From a virus (lineage: Duplodnaviria > Caudoviricetes), in the IMG/VR virus record IMGVR_UViG_3300037336_000152, positions 1-59,133 of that record: a stretch of DNA of 59,133 nucleotides, one strand, 5' to 3'. The notes beneath the pieces are model-generated. The model made no database searches and was not told the DNA's origin. It saw nothing but the letters and a program-made list of their open reading frames with translations. Positions within the stretch are counted from its first letter, which is position 1. Each line of letters begins with the position of its first letter. The position numbers and the translations under genes were made by a program. Shown piece after piece: positions 1 to 7,543 of this stretch.

Positions 1-142
1 CTATCTTTTATGGATGCCATTTAGGCCTTTCAAGTTCGCCTGCGCGCCATTCTGGCTTACCCACTACAATCGCCCGCCACCACTCGCCCAGGCTGGTAGG
101 CGATGCGGCCGACAAAGATCGCCCCCCCCATCAATCGCCGCG
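1..142 (+). repeat. Copy of 57259-57397 (left flank of immunity cassette)
   Basis: 1-126 identical to 57259-57384; then C8 vs C5 run, then 13 more identical bases. Confidence 0.97.
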
Positions 143-192
143 CCGCAGCTGGCGCAGGCGGTGGCGTCGCTCTAGGCAGCCTCGCCAAAGTG

Positions 193-1227
193 CTAGTACG
201 AGAACTCGTACCCGCTCTGCAGGGCGCCGATTAACTGAGCCTGGTTTTCCGCACTCTCACTAAAGGCGACCAGGATGTCAGCTAATGGGACATGCTTGTT
301 ATTGACGGCATCAAGCCAAAAATTTAAACCGTCGACATCTGCCGGGCGATTTAAGACATTCCCGTAGAGTCCGGCGATAATATCGCTGGGCGATGCAGAA
401 ATTCCGTAGATGGACGCGAACTCTGTTGAAGAAATAAACATTTCTGCGACACTACCCAGGGAAATCCCGCGATCAATGGCACTGACCCAATACCCTAGAC
501 CGTGAGCATCTGGCGCTCGATCAAACGCGGCCTGGTAGAGGCGGTATGCGGTCGCAGCAGAGCCAGTGGTCTCAAATGAGACTATGAAATCGGTAAAAAT
601 AAATCGTTCGATATCGAAAGCGGTGAGTAGTTGGCCCGTCGTCTTTGTAACCACAGTGTGATCATCAATGTTTTGGATAGCATATTCTGCTCGTGCGCCA
701 GCAAACGTTAAAGTGTCGAGCCCTTCCGCTCCATGAAACTCTGTATATGGCATCGCTAGTAGGCTATCGTTTCCCGATGTGCCATACTGAGTTGTCCAGA
801 CAGGTATTGTGTCAACATCCTCGTAGATGGATAGTGACACGAACGTGTGGTAAGCGCCCTGGTCCCACCCAGCACTAACGTAGTAAGTTCCTGTGTATGG
901 CGCCACGAAATCCCATACGTAGTCCGAGCCGTATGTGCGGTCCTCCCCGTCAACAGCCACGACGTTTCCAAGATTGTCGTACACCTGGATAAGAAACGGA
1001 TCAAAAAAACTACTGCTAGAAATATCGTAAGTAGCACCCGCTGTGCCCTCCCATGCAAAAAGCGAGTGAAGAATTGCGCCTGGCTTGGACGTGTAATAGG
1101 TGACACTGTTATCCCAGTCCGTTATGACTTCAGTCTGCGTGTATTTTGAGAAAGACAGCGTGTTCGCCTTCCGCATCTCCGCAGAAGTGAGATCTGGAAG
1201 GTAGTCAATCGTTGTGTATGCTGGCAT
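193..1227 (-). CDS. DUF4214-domain protein with N-terminal PPC-like beta-sandwich (moron, cassette A)
   Basis: C-terminal AYRLYQAAFDRAPDAHGLGYW...LYGNVLNRPADVDGLNFW...FSESAEN; RTX-like GTSGNDSL/GAEGLDTL; start chosen at ATG 1227 behind GAGGA RBS. Confidence 0.8.
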   Translation of the reverse strand: MPAYTTIDYLPDLTSAEMRKANTLSFSKYTQTEVITDWDNSVTYYTSKPGAILHSLFAWEGTAGATYDISSSSFFDPFLIQVYDNLGNVVAVDGEDRTYGSDYVWDFVAPYTGTYYVSAGWDQGAYHTFVSLSIYEDVDTIPVWTTQYGTSGNDSLLAMPYTEFHGAEGLDTLTFAGARAEYAIQNIDDHTVVTKTTGQLLTAFDIERFIFTDFIVSFETTGSAATAYRLYQAAFDRAPDAHGLGYWVSAIDRGISLGSVAEMFISSTEFASIYGISASPSDIIAGLYGNVLNRPADVDGLNFWLDAVNNKHVPLADILVAFSESAENQAQLIGALQSGYEFSY

Positions 1228-1252
1228 GGTTTCCTCGATAATTACGGCAAAG

Positions 1253-1320
1253 GCGTGCCGGTCCGCCAATTAATTATACGCATCAAAAAATGATGAAATC
1301 TAACCAATTGTTGCTATGTC
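1253..1320 (-). promoter_or_regulatory. Conserved leftward moron promoter/linker (copy at 57939-58006)
   Basis: 68-bp ungapped near-identity between cassettes A and B; TATAAT on minus strand. Confidence 0.7.
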
Positions 1321-1538
1321 ACTGCGTCGAGGATTTTTCGCAGTGATGCCTTTATTTCGGCCAGCTCGGCCTGCGTTTGACCTCTACTATCTCGCAGGCG
1401 AATAAGTATTTCCTGATTGAGCGAATGCCCGTGCTGCTCGGCTGATAGTTGAAGATCGCGATGTAAATCTGGCGGAAGACGCAATGCGGTTTTGATGTAG
1501 TCGGCTTGTGTTGTTTTTTTTGCGGGCGGTATCGGCAT
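1314..1538 (-). CDS. Arc-family ribbon-helix-helix DNA-binding protein
   Basis: TALRLPPDLHRDLQLSAEQHGHSLNQEILIRL Arc motif. Confidence 0.8.
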   Translation of the reverse strand: MPIPPAKKTTQADYIKTALRLPPDLHRDLQLSAEQHGHSLNQEILIRLRDSRGQTQAELAEIKASLRKILDAVT

Positions 1539-1665
1539 CGCCCAATTGTTTCATGCGGGAATTCTATTTGGGTAGCGCTGCCTCCATGTATGAAGGCTCA
1601 ATTGTGTATATTCGTTACTTTTCAACAACGAATTGAGCGCAAAACGCAGCTATTCTCTCTGGTTT

Positions 1666-1681
1666 GTAGGATTGTTCCTAC
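1666..1681. promoter_or_regulatory. Palindromic operator GTAGGA-N4-TCCTAC upstream of smORF A
   Basis: Perfect 6-4-6 inverted repeat, also at 58084-58099; followed by -10-like TACGAT. Confidence 0.65.
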
Positions 1682-1718
1682 TGTACGATTGATTGCTTAA
1701 TCGAACCAAAGGTTGTAG

Positions 1719-1922
1719 ATGAAAAATTATGACGAATACATAGCAATGTATTTGCGAATGAATGACGCGGCAAGGCAAATTATGTTTGATACGTCCGTAC
1801 GGCTTCTACAATCCCCTTCAGCGCAACGTCGGCGACCGACCCTATCCTTGGTTCCGCAAAACATCGGCCGGGTCGCGCCTGGGCGCGCTGGCAACAGTGG
1901 ATCGGATCGCGTGCTGCCCTAA
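1719..1922 (+). CDS. Small protein convergent with cI-A; putative antirepressor resembling the CI C-terminal domain
   Basis: AAAGG RBS; positional homolog 58139-58375 shares Y..xN...R..+.D and PTLxLVP. Confidence 0.6.
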   Translation: MKNYDEYIAMYLRMNDAARQIMFDTSVRLLQSPSAQRRRPTLSLVPQNIGRVAPGRAGNSGSDRVLP

Positions 1923-2288
1923 AGGGTCTGCCAGTCGGTATGCCTCAAGTAAATTTATCTCGTCCTCATAAGCCAAAATCAGTCTCGGCAGGCCCTTTTC
2001 GGAATGCGCCTCAACGGGAAGTCCTGCATCGGTAGGTCGATCCGGCGCGCGATGTTCCGCCGAGTCACTTTCAGCACCAGGCGCTCCGCGCCCAGTGGTT
2101 AGCCACTCAACGCTTACCTGTAATACCTCGGCGACTTTGCCTATCCTAGCCCGATTTGGCGCGGTCCCACCCTCTTTTTCCCATAGTTGGACGGTTTGCC
2201 ATGCCACGTTGAGCTTGGTTGCCAGAGCCTTATGACTCGCCATGCCAAGTTCTTGGCGACGCTGCCTGATTCGTTGGTGAATGCTCAT
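1842..2288 (-). CDS. cI: CI-like XRE repressor, cassette A (no S24 peptidase domain)
   Basis: HTH SIHQRIRQRRQELGM...LNVAWQTVQLWEKEGGTAP...VSVEWLTTG; divergent from cro. Confidence 0.85.
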   Translation of the reverse strand: MSIHQRIRQRRQELGMASHKALATKLNVAWQTVQLWEKEGGTAPNRARIGKVAEVLQVSVEWLTTGRGAPGAESDSAEHRAPDRPTDAGLPVEAHSEKGLPRLILAYEDEINLLEAYRLADPLGQHAIRSTVASAPRRDPADVLRNQG

Positions 2289-2303
2289 ATAAAGAATATA
2301 TCC

Positions 2304-2363
2304 GCTAGTTTTTGTTGTGGATACACAGAAAATTCTTGTCCGTGCTAGTTTTTCTAGTACAAT
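2304..2363. promoter_or_regulatory. OR/pR region of cassette A
   Basis: Three related 15-bp sites GCTAGTTTTTGTTGT, ACAGAAAATTCTTGT, GCTAGTTTTTCTAGT; -10 TACAAT 6 nt before cro ATG. Confidence 0.65.
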
Positions 2364-2369
2364 CACTAC

Positions 2370-2699
2370 ATGGACAAAGAATCTTCAAAGCAAGCACTGG
2401 CCGAGGCCGTTGATAAGTACCCAACTCTCAGGGCGTTTTCTGATGCAATTGGAGTCCCGTATCAGGTCGTCCAGCAGTGGCGAAAAAATGGCGTTCCTGC
2501 CGAGCATTGCCCGACTATTGAGCGGCTGGCTGGGGTTCTCTGCGAGCGACTAAATAGCGGCGTCGACTGGCCCTACGTGCGTAGCACTGGCCAATCGCCC
2601 CAGCACCCTCCGCCTCGCCGCAAGCCACCAGCCAAAACCGTCATGGAGGCGGGAGTCGATCAGACTGACCCGAACTGCGTTGCACAAAACCCCAAATAA
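2370..2699 (+). CDS. cro: Cro/YdaS-family regulator, cassette A
   Basis: LRAFSDAIGVPYQVVQQWRKNGVPAEHCPTIERLAGVLCERL..VDW. Confidence 0.85.
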   Translation: MDKESSKQALAEAVDKYPTLRAFSDAIGVPYQVVQQWRKNGVPAEHCPTIERLAGVLCERLNSGVDWPYVRSTGQSPQHPPPRRKPPAKTVMEAGVDQTDPNCVAQNPK

Positions 2700-2776
2700 C
2701 CAGGACGCCAAATTAACACCCGCATCACCCGAAGTCCTGAACCCACGAAAGCAAGCCATGAGCCTTGAAACCAAAC
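2618..2776 (+). repeat. Copy of 58975-59133 (right flank of immunity cassette)
   Basis: 2650-2776 identical to 59007-59133 (127 bp); 3 mismatches in the preceding 32 bp. Confidence 0.97.
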
Positions 2777-3225
2777 TCGATCAACTGATTGACCTGATGT
2801 CGCGCCCAGTGCAGGGCATCGAGATCGCCGCCGACGACACGCCGGCACTGATCCTGGCCGAGCTGCGCACTCATTCCGCATTGCTGACTACGCTCTGCCA
2901 GCACCAGGACGACGCGGCCAAGATTCACGATGCGACCGTGCGCGGCTTTAACTCACGCACGGCTAAGTCAATGCCATCCCCGTCTGATGGGATGTTCTTC
3001 CGTTTGGGCGGTGAACCTATTCCCTGGCCTGGGCACTCCCGCTGCGAAGAAACACTCAGTGCTTCGGATCAGGCGCAGCTTGAAACTCGGAAGTTTGCAA
3101 TTTCCGAACTGCCGAATTTAGAGCCTCGGCCAGTTCCGATGCCTGGGGAGCGGTCAGGACAAATTGCGGACTCTGAATCGCTTCTGGCAAAAGTTGCATC
3201 GGACTCGTCAGGTAATCGAGCCTGA
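2758..3225 (+). CDS. Hypothetical protein
   Basis: ORF downstream of cro; 3' half overlaps the antisense BssS-like gene. Confidence 0.45.
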   Translation: MSLETKLDQLIDLMSRPVQGIEIAADDTPALILAELRTHSALLTTLCQHQDDAAKIHDATVRGFNSRTAKSMPSPSDGMFFRLGGEPIPWPGHSRCEETLSASDQAQLETRKFAISELPNLEPRPVPMPGERSGQIADSESLLAKVASDSSGNRA

Positions 3226-3298
3226 CCGTGACAGCTTCATACGCCTTGATCGGCCCGATAGTCCAGCCGCACACCGGAAATAGCTTTATCTCGTCCAT
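3056..3298 (-). CDS. BssS-like protein
   Basis: FPVCGWTIGPIKAYEAVTVRLDYLT resembles the BssS motif HPxxGWxIxxxxxYxAxxxRLxY; AAGGG RBS. Confidence 0.6.
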   Translation of the reverse strand: MDEIKLFPVCGWTIGPIKAYEAVTVRLDYLTSPMQLLPEAIQSPQFVLTAPQASELAEALNSAVRKLQTSEFQAAPDPKH

Positions 3299-3412
3299 GG
3301 GAAGCCCTTTTGAAAGTTGTTGTTTAGGAACTGCAACTTTAACTCATCAGGGCAGCCCGCCCGTTTTACCTGAATTTCAACACGTTCCAACCCTCTGAAA
3401 ATGGAGAAACAA

Positions 3413-3718
3413 ATGAGTACACGTAACCGCACGAAAATCCGCGAAACCTGCGTCAACAAGGTCGAGGACGACACCATCACTGACCACCTGCGCGACATCG
3501 GCATGGCGTTTTCCACCTGGTCCCGAATGGTCATGTTCGGATCCATTGCTGAGCATGATGCACTGCAAGCGCGACCAGTGGAATCCCGTAAATGTCGGGA
3601 TGCTCCGATGGCAAGCCGGCCATCAGCCAAGCCGGGCAGGGCCATTCAAACGGCTGTTCGCCATGGCGGGCGGCATCGGGCGGGATTCGGCGGTGCGCCC
3701 CGGCCAATCCGGGTTTGA
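3413..3718 (+). CDS. Hypothetical regulator (CII position)
   Basis: GGAGA RBS; position in early right operon. Confidence 0.5.
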   Translation: MSTRNRTKIRETCVNKVEDDTITDHLRDIGMAFSTWSRMVMFGSIAEHDALQARPVESRKCRDAPMASRPSAKPGRAIQTAVRHGGRHRAGFGGAPRPIRV

Positions 3719-3755
3719 TGGCGATTTCAAACTACGAAAAAAACAGGAGGCGTAA

Positions 3756-3929
3756 TTGAGTATCAAGCAAAACGCGCTCACCGCCCTGGCCGAATACATC
3801 GACGCGCACGAATCATGGAACAAGGTGCAAAGCGAGCATCTGGCCAAGGAGAAGAGGCTGAAGCACAAGCAGTTGATCGAGGCCGGGAAACTATACCGGC
3901 CGCAACACAAGCCCGAATCTGAGCGATGA
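3756..3929 (+). CDS. Small hypothetical protein (57 aa, TTG start; not in ORF track)
   Basis: CAGGAGG RBS, then MSIKQNALTALAEYIDAHESWNK... Confidence 0.55.
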   Translation: MSIKQNALTALAEYIDAHESWNKVQSEHLAKEKRLKHKQLIEAGKLYRPQHKPESER

Positions 3930-3999
3930 CGGGAGAAAGAGGTCATGTACGAAATCCGACTACGCCGGGCATCAGACCCGGCATCAACTGAAAGAGACT

Positions 4000-4209
4000 A
4001 TGGAATCGAACATCAACATTCTGCTGGACAAGATCATGAGCCTGCACGCGATCAAAAACGACGCGGGGCTGGCGGGATTTCTGGAAGTGGCGCCGCCGCT
4101 TATCAGCAAGCTGCGCCACAACAAACTCCAGCTGGGCGCGACGATGATCATCACTATCCACGAAAAAACTGATATCCCGGTGCGCGATATCAAGCAAATG
4201 GCAGCCTGA
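4000..4209 (+). CDS. Small HTH DNA-binding protein
   Basis: LLD...KNDAGLAGFLEVAPPLISKLRH..L.LGATMII.IHE, a family recalled from Oxalobacteraceae. Confidence 0.7.
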   Translation: MESNINILLDKIMSLHAIKNDAGLAGFLEVAPPLISKLRHNKLQLGATMIITIHEKTDIPVRDIKQMAA

Positions 4210-4280
4210 CGCGGAAAAAGAAAAAGCCCGCTGATCAAGAGCGGGCTTCGTGGAACGTTTTTCAACAACAAGGAATTCCC

Positions 4281-5045
4281 ATGATAGCACAATCACAAAA
4301 TGCCGCATCCGGCGCGCCTACCGCTGCGCCAGCGGTGACGATGACGAGCTTGGAGCTTGTCACCATTATCAATTCCATGCGCGAGCCTGGGCGCGCAGAT
4401 CTTCGCCACGATCATTTCATGGCAAAGATCGAGAATCACCCCGGAATCGACTCACCCAAATTTTTGGGCCAGTACAAGGACAGTACAGGCCGCACGCTCA
4501 AGTGCTACCAGTTGCCCAAGCGCGAATGCGAGATCCTTGTGATGAGCGAGTCGCTGGCGGTTCAGGCCAAAGTGTATGACCGCATGACCAAACTTGAATC
4601 CCATCCACCAGCGCGCGCACGTCGCGCTCGACTTCCGAAGGCGCCGATTCTCGTCGCCGCTGCTCTGATCCCGCCAGTTATGCGTACGCTCGAGCGTATG
4701 GGTATGGACAAAAACTCGGCCGCGATCAGCGCAAACCGCATGGCGCTGGCAGAAACTGGCGTGGACTTCCTTGCCCTTGCCGGACACACGCATTTGGTCA
4801 CGCCGACCCAAGAACTGTGCTTCACCCCGACCGAGCTTGGCTCGCGTCGATGCATGAGCGCAAAGGGCTTTAACATTCATCTTGCTCAGCGCGGCCTGCA
4901 GGAGCGCATCAGCGGCCACTGGGTGCCGACCGCCAAGGGCGCGCCCTTCGCCGTGGTGCTCGACACCGGCAAGGCGCACGGCAACGGCACGCCTATTCAG
5001 CAAGTTAAGTGGATCGACTCGGTGATGAGCGAGGTAGCCGCATGA
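4281..5045 (+). CDS. Rha-family regulatory/antirepressor protein
   Basis: TMTSLEL...RHDHFMAKIE...YKDSTGRTLKCYQLPKRE; KilAC-like C-terminus. Confidence 0.8.
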   Translation: MIAQSQNAASGAPTAAPAVTMTSLELVTIINSMREPGRADLRHDHFMAKIENHPGIDSPKFLGQYKDSTGRTLKCYQLPKRECEILVMSESLAVQAKVYDRMTKLESHPPARARRARLPKAPILVAAALIPPVMRTLERMGMDKNSAAISANRMALAETGVDFLALAGHTHLVTPTQELCFTPTELGSRRCMSAKGFNIHLAQRGLQERISGHWVPTAKGAPFAVVLDTGKAHGNGTPIQQVKWIDSVMSEVAA

Positions 5046-5662
5046 CTAGCCGAACAACTATTCCAACGGCTGCGCTTCCCGTCGCGCCACTGAACGTCCA
5101 TGCCCGATCCCTGATCCGCCATTCGAACCTCAAAAAACTGGTTTTTAGCCTGCGAGACAATCCGATGCAGCGCGACGAAATTGCCGGAATTTTTAAATTC
5201 TCACCTTCTGGCGCGCGCAATTACATTAAAGATTTGCGGCTGGCTGGCCTGATTACGATCATCGGATACCCGGATGAAAGAGGTCCGCACAGGGGTCTGC
5301 CGCTGTGGGGAATCGTGCTTGACGCTGCGCATGTCGAAAAATGGCTATCGCGCCTCGATGCCGGCGAATGCGCTGGGGTCCACAAGCAGCGCCCCAAAAA
5401 CCTAATGATTGCCATGAAAGACAAGACGCGCCATTTTCACATTCTCAGCGACGACGCGCATTTTAATGTCAAAGTGAGCAGGTCCAAAGGCAAGCCCGAT
5501 CCGATTGCGCAACACCTTTTTGGCCGCGCGCCGGCTGCTGATTCGCGCGCCGATGGTTTGGATAATTTTCCAGAACCTGCGCGGCCGGCAAAGATCTCGC
5601 CGTGGGAGGCGCTGATGCAGATTCGATTCGACCTGGGCGAGCCGGAAAGGATTCGGGCATGA
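5042..5662 (+). CDS. Winged-HTH domain hypothetical protein
   Basis: MQRDEIAGIFKFSPSGARNYIKDLRLAGLI; ATGA overlap. Confidence 0.6.
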   Translation: MTSRTTIPTAALPVAPLNVHARSLIRHSNLKKLVFSLRDNPMQRDEIAGIFKFSPSGARNYIKDLRLAGLITIIGYPDERGPHRGLPLWGIVLDAAHVEKWLSRLDAGECAGVHKQRPKNLMIAMKDKTRHFHILSDDAHFNVKVSRSKGKPDPIAQHLFGRAPAADSRADGLDNFPEPARPAKISPWEALMQIRFDLGEPERIRA

Positions 5663-5923
5663 ATAATTCCGGCAAATCCCGCAGCACATACACCCCAACC
5701 GCTCCAGGCATCGGCATCCAGACTGCTATGCGCCGCTGTGCGGGTGAGTGCGCGCGCCGGCTCAGTGTCGGGCAGTTCGTGGCTGGGAGTGATGTTTGCT
5801 TGCGCTGCGAGCTTCGGAGGGCGAAATGAAGCGGTCCCCATTCAAGCCAAGCACCATCACCATTAAAAGCAATGATCTGATGCGTATCACGGCTATGGAT
5901 CGGGCGGAGATTGGCGGTGATGC

Positions 5924-6838
5924 ATGATGGCCATCGACTTGTTCGCGGGCGCTGGTGGATTCAGCACTGGCGCCACAATGGCCGGGGTTGATGTGGTATG
6001 GGCCGCAAACCACTGGCCGGCAGCCGTTGCTATCCATGAGCTAAACCATCCCGGCGCGCAGCACGCATGCCAAGACCTGCATCAGACGAATTGGCAGGAC
6101 GTGCCGGCGCATGATCTTTTGCTTGCTAGCCCATGCTGTCAGGGTCATAGCAAAGCACGCGGCAAGGCTAACGGGAATCCGCAGCATGACGCCAGCCGCT
6201 CGACTGCATGGGCCGTAGTGTCGGCTGCCGAATATCACCGGCCAACGTTCGCGCTGATCGAAAATGTTCCAGAGTTCGTTCGATGGGCTCTGTACCCGGC
6301 ATGGTGCGCTGCGATGGATGCACTGGGCTACGCACTGACGCCAATGATTATCGACGCCGCCGACCACGGCGCGCCGCAGCACCGCGAGCGCCTGTTTATT
6401 GCAGCCGTGCGCGCCAAGCACCCGATTCAAATTCAAATGCCACGGCGCGATCACGTCCCGGCCAGCAGTTTTATCGACTTCGACGCAGGGAAGTGGCAAC
6501 CGATCCAGAAGCCGGGCAGGGCGGCAGCTACGCTTGCGCGGGTTGCTGCCGGTCGGGCGCAGCACGGCGAACGCTTCATTTCCAGCTTCTACGGGAATTC
6601 AACGGGCGGGCGGTCTATCGACAGGCCAATCGGAACAATCACGACAAAGGACCGTCACGCGATCATCGACGGCGAACGCATGCGCATGCTATCCGCGCAA
6701 GAGTGCCGCGCCGCTATGGGCTTCCCTGCTGATTACATCCTGCCGACAAAGCACGCCGATGCCGTGCATATGCTTGGCAATGCCGTGGCGCCGCCAGCCG
6801 CGCGCGATGTGATAACCGCAATGATGGAGGCCGCATGA
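5924..6838 (+). CDS. C5 cytosine DNA methyltransferase
   Basis: DLFAGAGG, SPCCQ, ENV, QHRER, LGNAV motifs. Confidence 0.95.
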   Translation: MMAIDLFAGAGGFSTGATMAGVDVVWAANHWPAAVAIHELNHPGAQHACQDLHQTNWQDVPAHDLLLASPCCQGHSKARGKANGNPQHDASRSTAWAVVSAAEYHRPTFALIENVPEFVRWALYPAWCAAMDALGYALTPMIIDAADHGAPQHRERLFIAAVRAKHPIQIQMPRRDHVPASSFIDFDAGKWQPIQKPGRAAATLARVAAGRAQHGERFISSFYGNSTGGRSIDRPIGTITTKDRHAIIDGERMRMLSAQECRAAMGFPADYILPTKHADAVHMLGNAVAPPAARDVITAMMEAA

Positions 6839-6995
6839 GCATCGCCGGAACAATGCCAAATCGCGCTGCATCAAAAAGTGATAGCCCGAGCCTGATCGCG
6901 CGCGTTCGATTCTGCTCAGGTTGTCGCCAAAACCGGTCGCCCATGCAGTTCAAGGGCGCTACCGGCAATTGTATGCAATGTGTGAGGCGCGGTAA

Positions 6996-7289
6996 ATGAA
7001 GCGCACCACATCAGCAGCAGACAAGCAGCACCTGCAAAAAGTCGCGGCGCTTGGCTGCATCCTGTGTGACTGGCTCGGAACGCCAGGCACGCCAGCGCAA
7101 ATCCATCATGTTCGAGTTCGGCATGGATGGGGGCGAAGCAGTCATCAGGCGGTGATTGGACTTTGCGACTTCCACCATAACGACCAGAAGGCAGGTGTTC
7201 ATGGGCAGGGCAGGGAGGAATTCACGGCCATGTACGGCGTGAGTGAGCTTGCATTGCTGGACATTGTGCATATCAGGGTGGGCGCATGA
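6996..7289 (+). CDS. Ref-like HNH nuclease (recombination enhancement)
   Basis: VAALGCILC...AQIHH...GLCDFHH...GVH. Confidence 0.7.
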   Translation: MKRTTSAADKQHLQKVAALGCILCDWLGTPGTPAQIHHVRVRHGWGRSSHQAVIGLCDFHHNDQKAGVHGQGREEFTAMYGVSELALLDIVHIRVGA

Positions 7290-7543
7290 ATCCGGCTGAA
7301 ATTCGATTCACCGCCAAGCCAGCGCGTAATTGCAAGGGCTGCATATTTGACACTTGCCGCAGCACGGTATGTCACCGCGCTACGGAGGTAGCCAAGCTGC
7401 GCAGCTTGCCCGACTGCGACACCGGCTATGTGTATGTGCCGGACGAATCGGACGAGAGGCAAAGTGAATTATTTAACCAGTGCGGGCCACAAGCGGCAGC
7501 AACCGAATGTAGCCCTGTCATAAAAACAAAGGGGAATTTATGA
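7286..7543 (+). CDS. Hypothetical Cys-containing protein
   Basis: CKGCIF...C...DC; translational coupling. Confidence 0.55.
   Translation: MNPAEIRFTAKPARNCKGCIFDTCRSTVCHRATEVAKLRSLPDCDTGYVYVPDESDERQSELFNQCGPQAAATECSPVIKTKGNL

Noticed and set aside
1-142. Direct terminal repeat / simple circular overlap
   Set aside because: The two ends do not match each other; each matches an internal position
193-1269. Host chromosomal flank marking a prophage boundary
   Set aside because: The att site is internal and intact, and DNA on both sides of this gene matches phage sequence near 57.3 and 58.0 kb
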